Below are positions 1 to 10,799 of a stretch of 64,000 nucleotides of DNA, one piece after another. Positions within the stretch are counted from its first letter, which is position 1; each line of letters starts with the position of its first letter. The position numbers and the translations under genes are program-made. The stretch is from Podarcis vaucheri (taxonomy: Eukaryota). The notes under the pieces were generated by a model, which was not told the DNA's origin, did no database searches, and was given only the letters and a program-made list of their open reading frames with translations. The stretch lies in NCBI GenBank assembly GCA_965113315.1, contig OZ220365.1; one strand, given 5' to 3'.

Positions 1-272
1 GCAAGTATTGCTGAAGCTTAGAAATTGTGGAACTTGTATGGGAGGCCTCTGATAATCCCATATGTAAAAGGAGGGTGTAAGTATAATGAGCACATCAATA
101 CTAAAGAAAACCACTGCAAATAATTAGATTATTATTACCTTGTATGCCCTGGCAGTGAAATAGGTTTTGTGGCTATACTCTGGTGAGACCAGATTCAAAT
201 TAAGCCTTAAGTCTTGCAGATGAAATCATGGGTTCTTAAGACACAAGAAGCAAAGTAGTATCGACTATTTAC

Positions 273-352
273 CTACTGAGTTCTCCAGTGATGGCTGCCA
301 ACAAAGAGCTTTTTCCACACCCAACTTTCCCAACGACTCCCACCAGTGTGCC
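273..352 (-). CDS. ABCC10: ABCC10 coding exon 6 (start of NBD1, Walker A); gene continues beyond the left edge
   Basis: ctctgcAG|GGC ACA CTG GTG...CTC AGT AG|GTaaat; translates GTLVGVVGKVGCGKSSLLAAITGELSR (Walker A GKVGCGKS); 80 nt, phase matches the preceding exon. Confidence 0.93.
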
Positions 353-536
353 CTGCAGAGGGAAAGAGGCACCAGCTGTTTCAGAGTTCGTTATGCAACC
401 TTGCTGTAGCACTTCACAAACATTCATTCATTCAGAACACATTCTTGTTCTCTCTGCAGAATGGAAGTACAAAGACTCCAATATCACACGGCTGACCCAG
501 CGGCATTTCCCTGGACCGTTGCTCCTTGTTGCTCAC

Positions 537-676
537 CTTTGCCACCACCAGATCTTGAATAAAGAGCTGCAAACTTCCTCTGGGCATGTGGGATTCAGCA
601 TTTTCTTTGCTTGCTGGTGACCATGAAAAGGTGGTGCGGCGCATTTCTAGGACAGAAGATGGGTCAGAAGGGCCAT
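537..676 (-). CDS. ABCC10: ABCC10 coding exon 5
   Basis: ttgcAG|AT GGC CCT...GCA AAG|GTgagc; DGPSDPSSVLEMRRTTFSW...LFIQDLVVAK, the ABCC pre-NBD1 'FSW' segment; lies in ORF 432..701. Confidence 0.9.
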
Positions 677-1383
677 CTGCAATGGAAAAGCAGCAGCACA
701 TCTATAGGTAAATAGGACAGGATTTAACAACGTTGTTACATGCGTGGAATGAGATCTACTCACTCAATGGTACTCCCTCCCCCTTTGTGCGGCCCCTAAA
801 TCTGCTCTGGAGAGTTGGGGAGAAACCCAGAACAGGTTTAGCAGGTATGCGATTGGAGGAGGGGGGAGTCCTGCTGTGTGAATGGACCTAGTTCCTCAGT
901 GCTGTGGTGACTTCCCCCCATATTCAAGAGGTACATTTGGGAACTATGAACTTTTGCAGGCTTTTGCAGGAAACTGTCTTGGACCATCAGCTGCCTCCTT
1001 AAGAGGGCTATGCAGATGATCCAAAATAAAGAAGGTATCCATCTTTCCATAAAACTTGCTTATTCCTTCACCTGCCCATGGGTTTCACAACTTTGGCCGT
1101 TGAGAGAAACCTAGAGTGTTACCACTGGAGCTCCCTGGTGGAAGCAACAAGATGGGAACTCTGGATTAGCAAATCCTGGCATCCGGAAAAGGAGCACTGC
1201 TATCAGGATACACTTGAACACCAAATTTTGTGGTTGAGTCCGTAGCCAAGCAGAATACCCAAAGGAACAAGCAACCCCCCTGCTCTTTTCACATCTATTC
1301 CCAACGACTCAAGAGCACTTCTTTCCCTACTCTGGTGGTCTTACCCAACACCACCTGTTCTCCAGTTTCCCCAGTCACCATAC

Positions 1384-1540
1384 CTCTGCTATAGTAAGCA
1401 TCCAGATCCTGGTCTGTGAGCTCAAGGAAGTGCTGGACTCGATCCAGAGATACTTTGGCTTCTAAAATCCCATTCAGCACCCAGGGGAAATTATTGAGAG
1501 GTAGAATGAGCATCCCAACAAGTGCCAAAGCTGTAAACAC
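1384..1540 (-). CDS. ABCC10: ABCC10 coding exon 4 (end of TMD1)
   Basis: AG|GTG TTT ACA...AGA G|GTatgg; VFTALALVGMLILPLNNFPWVLNGILEAKVSLDRVQHFL matches MRP7. Confidence 0.95.
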
Positions 1541-2369
1541 CTATGGGGAGAGAGAAGATTTCATGGGATGAAAAAGCTCAGAGGGTTAAGCAAAGAACTG
1601 AAGTATCCAAAGAGAGCCAGAGAAAAGCCATGTTAGTAGTTGTGAACAGTGTGATGTGTGCTCAAATGTTCAAGGGTGTGTTTTAAGTGGACTTCCATTA
1701 GGGAGCATTATCTTGGGGTCTATGTCTGAGAAACATCAGCTCAGATTTAACCTTTCTGAGCAAGCTTTAATTCCTGAACTGTGATAGGAGCCAAGGCTAC
1801 AAAAGCCTAAGAGGAGGGTAGAGAGTCTGAGATGGGAAGGAAGAAACCATCACTCTGTTGGTTTAATATTTAATACTTTAATATTGTCTGCTTTCATATT
1901 ATGACTTTACTGGAGAGGATTTTTATATTTTTTATAAGGTGGACAATTGCTTCTTTATTCCTCTTCTCTTCTAACCGATTCTGCTTTTATATTTGTAATA
2001 AAAGAGTAAAGCTTGAAAGACAATGAACCTTGTTTTGTCTAGGCAATGCTCTGTATAGAGTCTGTCTCACTTGTGAAGCCACTTACTTCTCACATTCCAG
2101 GGAAAGCTATCACTCAGGTAGGAGGTCCTTACTTCTGACACTAAAAGCAATTTTATTTTCCCCTTTTTATTGCTCTTCAGTAGCAGCAATGTTTAAAATT
2201 GCTGGAAGTTTGCCTGAGCAGTGATACCTTCTGAAGCCTCTGCATACACCATGACAGTTTATTCATCTGTTCATTTATTTATATAAAAGAAACAACCTTT
2301 CTATCCCATGACAGTGAACATTCATCACTAAAAAACAAAAAGAAACCCAATAAATGTAAAATGAACAAT

Positions 2370-2710
2370 AAAACCAAAATAACTTAAAACAAACAAATAG
2401 CAGTGGAAGAGGAAATACAGAAAGCATGCTGGAACAAAGTTGCCTTCAACAAGCTAATTGTTAGGAATGATACAAATCTCCTGGGGTATCGCAATGGAAA
2501 ATGCCCTTTTGTGCATCCCAACCAACTTCTTCTCTGACAGTGGCAGGACGTACAAAAGGACCTCCCCGGTTGATGTCATTGGGTGGACAAGATCATATAG
2601 GATGACTGTTGTTCAAGTATCCTGGCCCCAAACAGTGTAACACTTCAAAGGTAAATGACCAGTACTTTGAATTGAACCTGGAAACGAATGGGTAGCCAAT
2701 GAAGCTGGAA
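2370..2710. mobile_element. degenerate LINE (L2-like) 3' fragment in ABCC10 intron
   Basis: Motifs such as 'actttgaattgaacctggaaacgaatgggtagccaatgaagctg' resemble squamate L2-type relics; recognition only, boundaries approximate. Confidence 0.35.
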
Positions 2711-2775
2711 TAACAAAAGAAGTCAGCTGCATATCCCAGGCAGAGGGATCATCAAGGAATGGGCACAGCTCTTAC

Positions 2776-3003
2776 CTTGGTAGCAGAGAGCTGGTGTCCA
2801 AGTAGAACATAAGTGATGAAGATGACAATGGAGACAACCACAGGCAATGCTGCCCAGAGGTAGACACACACAGCATCCAGGTATTTGATTGCTCGAAGGC
2901 TCTTCAGCTCCTTGGCTCTGCAAGTATACACTCTGCTGGCAAAATGCTGCTCCCAGGTGTAGAACTTGATCACTCGCATGCCACACAAGAACTCCGTCAT
3001 CAG
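2776..3003 (-). CDS. ABCC10: ABCC10 coding exon 3
   Basis: cctgcAG|CTG ATG ACG GAG...ACC AAG|GTaaga; 228 nt; LMTEFLCGMRVIKFYTWE...VYLWAALPVVVSIVIFITYVLLGHQLSATK. Confidence 0.95.
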
Positions 3004-3674
3004 CTGCAGGTAAAGGGAGATGCAACACAACAATCACTGGCATCTCTTTGTCACAATGCCTTCTATTTCAGCTAGGGCCTAAGTTAGCTATATGAGACAC
3101 AGCACAGAATCAAAGTCATGTTCTCTTCTTGCTTGGTGATGTATCAGGGAAACAAAGTGCAACACAAATACTGGGATGATCCATTTAAGGTACTGTAGCC
3201 AGAAACCCAATTCCTTCAGTGAAACAGTATACAAAGGGAAACATCCCCGAGGAAGGCTAGAGCACATGCAAGAGGTCACAGCTTCAACTCCTTGTATCTT
3301 GTTAAAGGACCTCCGGCACCAGAGCTGAGTAAGATCTCTGCCTGAGACCTGGACGTACCACTGGCCATTGTGCTTGCTCTGGATTTCCTGCATCAAGGAG
3401 GACTAGGTGGCCTTCAAGGCTCTCATTTCATGGTAGGTCAGTTTCTGGAACTTGGTGACATATCGTCTCTTGGATTTGTGTGTGTGTTTGCTGGTTTACC
3501 TACACTGCTGGTTATTTATTTCCTGATAAATCATTGCAACATCCAGTTATTATTTCTGCTACTCAACATTTTTAACATGGATACCTAAATAAGTCAACAT
3601 CTTTAAGCCTAAATCACAAGATCAAGAGGCAAGCAGTATGGCAAGCCTTCAAATACCACATATCCCCATCTCAC

Positions 3675-5055
3675 CTTGACACGTTCATCTTTGTGCTTCA
3701 GCATTTCCTTGTTGTTTTCCATGATGCGATTGGCAACCACTTTATTGATGGGCAGAAGAAGCAGAGCCAGAGCTAGGCCTCCCAGGAAAGCTATGCCTAC
3801 TTGCTGGTACAGGAGGTAGAGGGTGATGGCAAATTGGAAGGGAAGACTCCACAGCTCGTGGAAACTGAGGCAGAAATTGATCAAGCGGTCAGTGTCGGTG
3901 CTCATGAAGTTGACAATCTCGCCAGTGGTGAAGCCAGCCAGGCTGCTGCCACTCACCCGGAGGGCTTTCTGGTAGATGGCAGAGATAACTGCAGTGCGCA
4001 CCATAAGCATCATCTTGTTGATCTGGTAACTGAACTGGTTACGCAATAGGGCACCCAGTAAGGTACCAGCAAAGAGTCCCAGTGCATACATTATCCCATT
4101 GCTGAGAGGTTCTTGGCGTGACTCCATGAAACTGACCAGCAGGTTCAGAAGCAGGGGCCCAGAGAATGCCAAAAGACTGCCAGCCAGTTTGAGCAGGCCC
4201 AGAGAGTAATAGCGTAGCCCAAAGGCAGCATGCAACACTGATAGGAGATGTACAGGCTTTTGGGTATCACAAGGATGTGCTGGAGATGAGAATTCATCAA
4301 TTCTCAAGTTACTTTTGGCAAATGATCTGTCCGTTGAAGACGCAGTCTCTTTATCCTCTTGGCTGAGAGCTGCTTTTTTCCGCCAGCAGGAGTAGAAGTG
4401 TTCACAGACTGCAATGGCCTGGAGCTGTCGAGGGAGCTGAAAGACATCCTGTGGCCGATTCAGCATCCACAGGTAGCCACGCTTCATCAGAGGGTTCATC
4501 CAAGCATAGGAGAAACACGAGAGCCAGCTCTCTCCATCCTCTGCCACTCCCTGCCAAGAAGGTGCGGGGATCCCTGAGTCTGTGACCAGGGGCTCTTGCT
4601 GCCAGGAATCATTGAGAGAGCAATAGTCTAGCCTGCTGGTTGTAGGAATGATATACCCAACTACATAGAGAAGCAGAGAAGCTAACTGCAGGCAGAGGAT
4701 AGACAGCCAGAAAATGGTGTCAGGTTGAAGCTGCTGACCACCCATCTCAGTCTGGCAGCGCCACACCAAGGTTATAATAAGTGATGGGATTGGAAATAAG
4801 GCAAGGATTAGTAGGATGGTAGGGCCACGATTGAAGCTGTATGGAGACTTGTAGAGAGCAAGTAGTGCCAGGCTGTGAGTAAGCCATGCCAATGTGCCTG
4901 TGCCACTTGCTAATACTTCCAGGTACAAGGAGTCCAATTTCTGTCGCCAAATAGCTGCTGGAATTATGTCAAGGATGGACAAACCAGCAAAGATAAAGGA
5001 CGCAGCAATTCTGCATTTCCACCCAGTTCTGTACACAGTCTGAGAACCTAAAGAC
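3675..5055 (-). CDS. ABCC10: ABCC10 coding exon 2 (TMD0, L0 linker, most of TMD1)
   Basis: ctttactAG|G TCT TTA GGT...GTC AAG|GTgaga; ORF 3609..5036 with AEDGESWLSCFSYAWMNPLM and GEIVNFMSTDTDRLINFCLSFHELWSLPFQFAITLYLLYQQVG, typical of ABCC10. Confidence 0.95.
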
Positions 5056-5601
5056 CTAGTAAAGACAGAGGAGAAAGTGTTATGAAATGATCTTATCCCT
5101 TTTTCTGATGCCCTCTCACTATTTGTTCATCATTCTTGGAAGTCTGCACGCCTCGTTGCCTGGCCTCTCAAGCATCATTCAGTACACAAGAATTGCTACA
5201 CTGATTCAGGCAAAATAATTGTGCTGTCCGACACACTATTTGCGATTATTTTTTCATTAGAAGAAAAAAAGATTCAACCCTCTGAACATTCACATTTACA
5301 ATTATTCCTGTGACAACAATTAAACTGGCTCTGTGTGGTCTATCTTTTGTTTGTTTCATTGGGACTAATTCTCCGGTTGTAACTTTAATTGCCTCGTTAG
5401 TCAGAAAACCAAGTAAGTTTCTAGACTACATAAAGAGGGTGCCAAGGAGGGTGATAATTTCACTATATATATCATGGCTCAAGAATGTCCCATCACTTTA
5501 ATTTTAACAGTCCCCCCCAAAAAAAGAAATCCACAGAGCTTAGGCGCACATATACATATTTGTGTGAATAAGCCAGATGTTGCTCACACCTGTTACTATA
5601 C

Positions 5602-5762
5602 CTTGGTGTTCCTATGTAGCAGGCACTTATTACAGCAAGGACCATGTGAGGTATAGTGTTCAAAATCAGCTGGTTAAAACAATGTCCGACATTGTTGTGG
5701 ACCCAGACAGGGAGTGGATTTACGGGACTGGTCCCACACAGATTGGCTAGGATCTCCTCCAT
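5602..5762 (-). CDS. ABCC10: ABCC10 first coding exon (exon including 5'UTR about 5602-5802)
   Basis: ATG at 5762; MEEILANLCGTSPVNPLPVWVHNNVGHCFNQLIL...GTPR, donor AG|GTatag; acceptor cctttAG| at 5802 implies an upstream non-coding exon. Confidence 0.92.
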
Positions 5763-5953
5763 CCTCTGTCAGCAACAAGTACTGTACAACGGTCAAGAGT
5801 TCCTAAAGGAAAAGACAGGAAAACAATGAATGAAGCATAAAGAAGAAGTAATTTATGCCACAACCTGAACATTCTTGCAATGAAGAATAAAACCCTTTTA
5901 CCACTATATTTCCTTCTTTTCTTTGTACAAGCACTGCAAAATGAGATACACAC

Positions 5954-6710
5954 TGTCAGGGCTGCTACCCAGTCCCAGCTCACATAGGACCACGCTAGCC
6001 AGCGTTCACGTTATAAGAGTCTTTATTGGTTTACAGGTTCCATTTCCGAACTGCAATGTGCAGCCCTACGTCTTCTATGTCAGACCGGCGAAGACCCGTC
6101 TGAGTCTCCGCCTCTTGCACACCAGCTTAATACCCTAGCCTTGCTCCACCTCCTGCGCCTTTCCTTCCGTCTCTGGGTCCTTCTGCCCCCCGGGGTCTCC
6201 TCCCTCCTACTCTCTTCTGACGCTGACCCCCCGGACCCTTCCGCCTCTTTGCGGCGGGCTTTGGGACCTGGCTCACTCTCCGGGCTGCTTACTGCGCCAG
6301 CTTCCGCTGCATTTGAACTTGGCGCGCGCGCCCAACTCTCTACCTTCCTCTTGACCGTTTCCTCGCTTCCTGATGAGGGCGTGACTACTCCTGACTCATG
6401 CCCTCCCTCCTGCTGAAAGCCTCCGGACCCCGATGTCTGGTCCCCTTTCTCCCCGCTGCTCCCAGCTGGGCACGTTGGTCCCGATTTCCAGCTGCTGCTC
6501 TCTGATCCCTCTCTGGCCCCTTCTTCCTGGGGTGTCCCCCTGCTTTCCCCCCTTGCTCTGACCGCTGGCGCTCCCTTCTGGGAATCCTCGGACTCACTGG
6601 ACAGGCTCGGGGATCTCGGGTCGTCATCCCCACTCATCCTTCCTTCGTATTCCTCCCCCTCGCTCTCTGTCTCCTCCCTTCTCTGCGTCTCTGCTCCTGA
6701 ACCCCTGACA
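5954..6710 (-). mobile_element. solo LTR (757 bp) of an LTR retrotransposon, Gypsy/BEL/ERV type unresolved
   Basis: Termini TGTCAGGG...CCCTGACA (TG..CA, 8-bp inverted repeat); 5-bp direct repeat CACAC at 5949-5953 and 6711-6715; on the minus strand TATA-like TATTAAG (6132-6126) followed by AATAAA (6027-6022); CpGs retained. Confidence 0.85.
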
Positions 6711-7299
6711 CACACATTAATTCCACCTACCATTTTTCCAGCTGTCAGAAAAAGTAATAAAATTCATAATCTCATCAAATACAAAATCTTGTATGTTGGC
6801 ACTTTTGAGAGGGAGACCTTCTGCTAAAGTTTCCAACATGACTGGTGACAGTAAAGTGGTATCCAGGTCTAACCTGCATAAAAATCCCCCCATCCCAGGA
6901 TGCAGGAGTGGTGGCTGTAGTCATTCCTGTGAGAGAAATGCATTTTCACAGAATCTTCTCCATTACTGCAGGTTCCATTGAAACTGTCAATAAGTACTGA
7001 AAAGAGGTGGTGGTGATTTGCCAACACTTCAGATCTTTTTAGGGCAGGTCCATACAAGGGCAGGATCCTAAATGCAATCAATTGTTTTACAAACCAAACA
7101 GCCAAGTAGATGTTTCTCCTTTAAGACTGAAGGCTTCCAAAGTGCTGCTTCTTCATACAGGCACTAACCTCCATCCTCTATCAGTCAAAGCCATGCTGCC
7201 CATCCACCCCCATTATTATGATGTGGGTTCCTTCTCCAGTTTTCAATGAATGGCTGAAAGTGAGAAAGCAGAAGGAAGGTCTCTTTTCCCTTTCCACTC

Positions 7300-9130
7300 T
7301 GCAAACAAACGCAAACTACGGATTTCCTACCCCTCGCCTCCTCCCAGGCTTTCCTCAGATCGCACAGATCTTTCTGGTGCCACCTTAAAATAAAGAAAAC
7401 GCGAACAGCAACTGTCTGCCGGGCAAGAACAGAATTGCTTGGGCAGCTGAGTTCCTTTTCGGATTTAAAAGGAGGTAGGGCGCCTCCAATTGAGAGCAAC
7501 CTCGTGTGAACGATGCCTAGAAATCATGGCCTCGGCCTCAAACTCACGGTAAAGCCCGGTGTGGGGGAAGGCCTTCGCCTTCGCACAACGAGAGACTTAG
7601 CATGGACAGATGGATGATGACATGAAGGCTTGGAGTCTATCGTTTCCGTCTGTTCTGAAACGTGACCATAAAATTTCCGTTGCACGTTGCAAATGCCCTT
7701 TCCTCCGTAGGAGCAACGGAGCAGTGCAAAAGAGCCTCCAGGGAGCTGTGGGTGCACATAGGAGAGGCGGAAGCCTACTCTACGAAGCAGAGCGAGCGGG
7801 TGGGAGAAGCCGAGCGGCTCCTCTCCGGCGCTCTCCTCCAGGCGGTCCCCAGCCTGACGGAGGCTTCGGTCGACCCACCCAGAGACGGGATAGTTCAACC
7901 CACCAAAGCCCTTTCCTTCCCAGGCACTACCTTGACTCAGCGGCAGAACCGGAACTCCAAAGCCGGCTCCTTTCATATGACCAAATAAATAAATAAATAC
8001 AACGCTGCGCTTCCTGGTTATTTTTGCCATTGTGTTTTGCTTTGCCTTTTCATACTAAGGAAACGTGAAAGTGACAGTTGCTAAATAGGAAACAATAGTG
8101 GAATCCGGGGTTGTATCAAAGCTGTACTTTCCCGTCTCTCCCCTCGCCAACTGAGCAAACTAAAGTAGAAGCGAAAGCAAGAAATAACCCAAGTGGGATC
8201 TGTAACTACACCAACACGTGTGCGTGTTGTGTTAGGTTGGTTTTAAAATTTAAGCAGGAGCGGGGAGGCTGGGATTTATTGTGCTCTTACTGCGGGTTGC
8301 CTGCTGTTAAATCCTCCTAGTGCAAGGTTGAGTGGCCGAGAGTGATCTATAGCAGTTTTGCAATCTTGTCTCCTTGTTGCAAGTGGTGAGACGGGCAGAG
8401 TGTGGCTTACAGCACCCCTGTTATGTAGACCAAGGCTGTATCCAACTTTATACGTTTTGCTCAGAGGAAGCCCACTGAAATTAATGCGCCTGCTCATTTC
8501 AACGGGTCTAGTTTGAGTGTAACTAACGTTGGATGCAACGTTTGTTATCCTCGGACTCTGGAGGTATTTTGATCGCCACGTTGCACACGGGGCTGAGGTT
8601 CTCATGTTTCATAGACAGAGAACTTATCACCTGCTACTCAGCCTTTTGGCAAAATGCAACGTCGGGGATGCAATCGTCCGCAAAGTAGAGAGATAGGAGA
8701 GCAACGGCATCACAATACACGTTACAGGTATTTCAGGTGAACTCGCCCGCGCCGGTGTTCTGTGTCAGCTGCAATGCTCCACACAACTGTATGGAAAACA
8801 GAATGCAGAACAGAAAAAAGACAACCCATTCAAAACATACCTCGCGTTAAAGCAAATGTCAGTTGAGTGGTCACTTACATCGCCCCCATCAAACCCCAGC
8901 GCAGTTTGACCTGCGCTTCCCTGAATGAGGACGCTGTTTCCATTGTAAAATGAAAGCCCCGCCCCCTCCAAAAAACAGGAAGCCAAGGGTATGTTGCTCT
9001 ATCCTTTTTCGTCTATGGGCATTTCGTTCCCCTGCTGCAACCAACTTACTTTCGCTCTACCGTCCTCTAGAGGTGGGAGGGTGTCCCGGCATGTTGGCAG
9101 GGCGAGCAGCGGGTGAACTAATCGCGTTGC
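7300..9130 (-). promoter_or_regulatory. CpG-enriched region, probable ABCC10 promoter and 5' non-coding exon(s)
   Basis: CpG density clearly above flanks; ETS-like CGGAAG/CTTCCTG motifs; candidate minus-strand donors near 7547 (GTGAGT) and 8630 (CAG|GTGATA); TSS not determinable. Confidence 0.5.
8434..8540. mobile_element. short palindromic MITE-like repeat
   Basis: Ends GGCTGTATCCAAC ... GTTGGATGCAAC are imperfect inverted repeats; related degenerate copies near 12390-12475 and 21710-21790. Confidence 0.5.
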
Positions 9131-9550
9131 TGGTTATGTAATGTTGAGATCCTTTCCCATAGTTTGATTTTACAACCTTCTGGGCTGGGCAGAGGGAGTC
9201 CACCAACCATCCCACCCACCCCTCCAGGGCAGTGGATCATGAGAGTTAGAGTGTACACAAAATTATTGAAATAGAGCAGAACATAAATCACAGCTCTAGT
9301 GTTCGGCAGCACCACAAAAGAAAATATTGATCCAAGGCAAGAATCCTCATGATTTTTACATATATTGACAACAAAGCCACCAAGAAATCACAGAACATAT
9401 GTGTGAGGTAGTCTATGATTTGATGGTGGTTTTGAGTGGGTCCTTTGTAAGTACGATGACGATCCATACAGATCTCTTTTATAATAACTGGCTTGGCTTC
9501 TGTTTCAAAAATGGCCAAAGGCAAAATGTCAATTAGGGTTCAGAGACAGG

Positions 9551-9724
9551 GACAAAGGAAGCTGCCTGATACCGACTCAGAGCATTGGTCCAGTAGTAGT
9601 AACTTAGTACCTACTATCAACACTGACAGGCAATGACTTTCCAGAATTTCAGACAGAACACCTTCCCAGCTCTACCTCAAGATTCCCAGGATTGCATGCA
9701 AAGTGCTACAGCTCTGGCAGCCCC
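9551..9724 (+). mobile_element. SINE-like interspersed repeat (ggaagctgcc...cattggtcca family)
   Basis: Same motif order recurs at about 56380-56480 (+), 26600-26720 (-) and 63845-63965 (-). Confidence 0.55.
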
Positions 9725-10461
9725 TGGGGGTTGCTTAGTTGGTGGGTGTTATCTGCCTGCCATCCCAGAGGCTAAAGGTGATGCAGCAGAATAGACAACA
9801 AATCAGTTGGCTGGTGAAACTTGCCTGTCATTCCTCACTGCCTTCTAGTTCCAGATAAAAAGGCCAGAAGACCTCTCAACTGAAAATTCAACACAAAAAG
9901 TAATTGACACTTACCTAAAATCTTCACTGCATTTTAATGATATATAGTAACCTCCAAACAGGTGGTTAAACACCACTAGAGATTCGCCATTTACTAATGA
10001 CTTCCTATGTAAGTGCCCTCAGCCTTTGAATTATGGTAACTCCCTTCACATTCGACTTTGTTCTACCTTATCTTGTTTTCGTGATATTACTGAAGATAAG
10101 GATAAATTTTATGATCAATCTTTCTCTGTGACCAATGGCATTCTTAAGAATGTTTATTCAGAAGTATTTTGTTTATTTACTCAAAAACATCTATGCCCTT
10201 AACTGCCCGTGAATGGTCCCCAAAGCAGCTTGCATACGATTGAAGAAAACACAAAGCTAAAATCAGCAATGAGAACAGCATCACCATGAACAACAGTTAA
10301 AAACTTATCAGAAATCATTCACTAGAATTGAATCCATGCGTCTAAATTCATATCCTGAATGAAGCGCGTCACAGGCATGCATTCAACAGGTGACGCTTCC
10401 CCTCCGCACGTTGCTAACAGGTAAACCTCCTTAGTTTACCCGAGTAAACCCGAGTAAACCT

Positions 10462-10674
10462 CCTCGGGTTAAGTACTTAATTCGTTCCGGAGGTCCGTAC
10501 TTAACCTGAAACTGTTCTTAACCTGAAGCACCACTTTAGCTAATGAGGCCTCCTGCTGCTGCCGCGCGAGCACGATTTCTGTTCTTATCCTGAAGCAAAG
10601 TTCTTAACCTGAAGCACTATTTCTGGGTTAGTGGAGTCTGTAACCTGAAGCGTATGGAACCCGAGGTACCACTG
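10462..10674. mobile_element. Tc1/mariner-type MITE family A, left TIR truncated
   Basis: Collinear with copies at 38770-38994 and 61987-62230; right end ...CCGAGGTACCACTG|TA intact; left CAGTGGTA missing. Confidence 0.85.
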
Positions 10675-10799
10675 TATTAAACTTTTTCCAGCAGACATAT
10701 TAAGCTCAGAGGACGTTGGCAGGGGAGAGTTAGCGCACACATGGGAGGCGGAGGTTGGACCTAATGCAGCCATGGGCAGCCTAATAAACACTGCAGTTT

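Noticed and set aside
6080-6733. 217-aa Ser/Glu/Gly/Arg-rich ORF as a novel gene
   Set aside because: Lies almost wholly within the purine-rich strand of the solo LTR, begins outside the element, and has no recognisable domain.
7524-8030. Overlapping 108-168 aa ORFs on both strands
   Set aside because: GC-rich region where stops are scarce; no recognisable protein or consistent exon structure.
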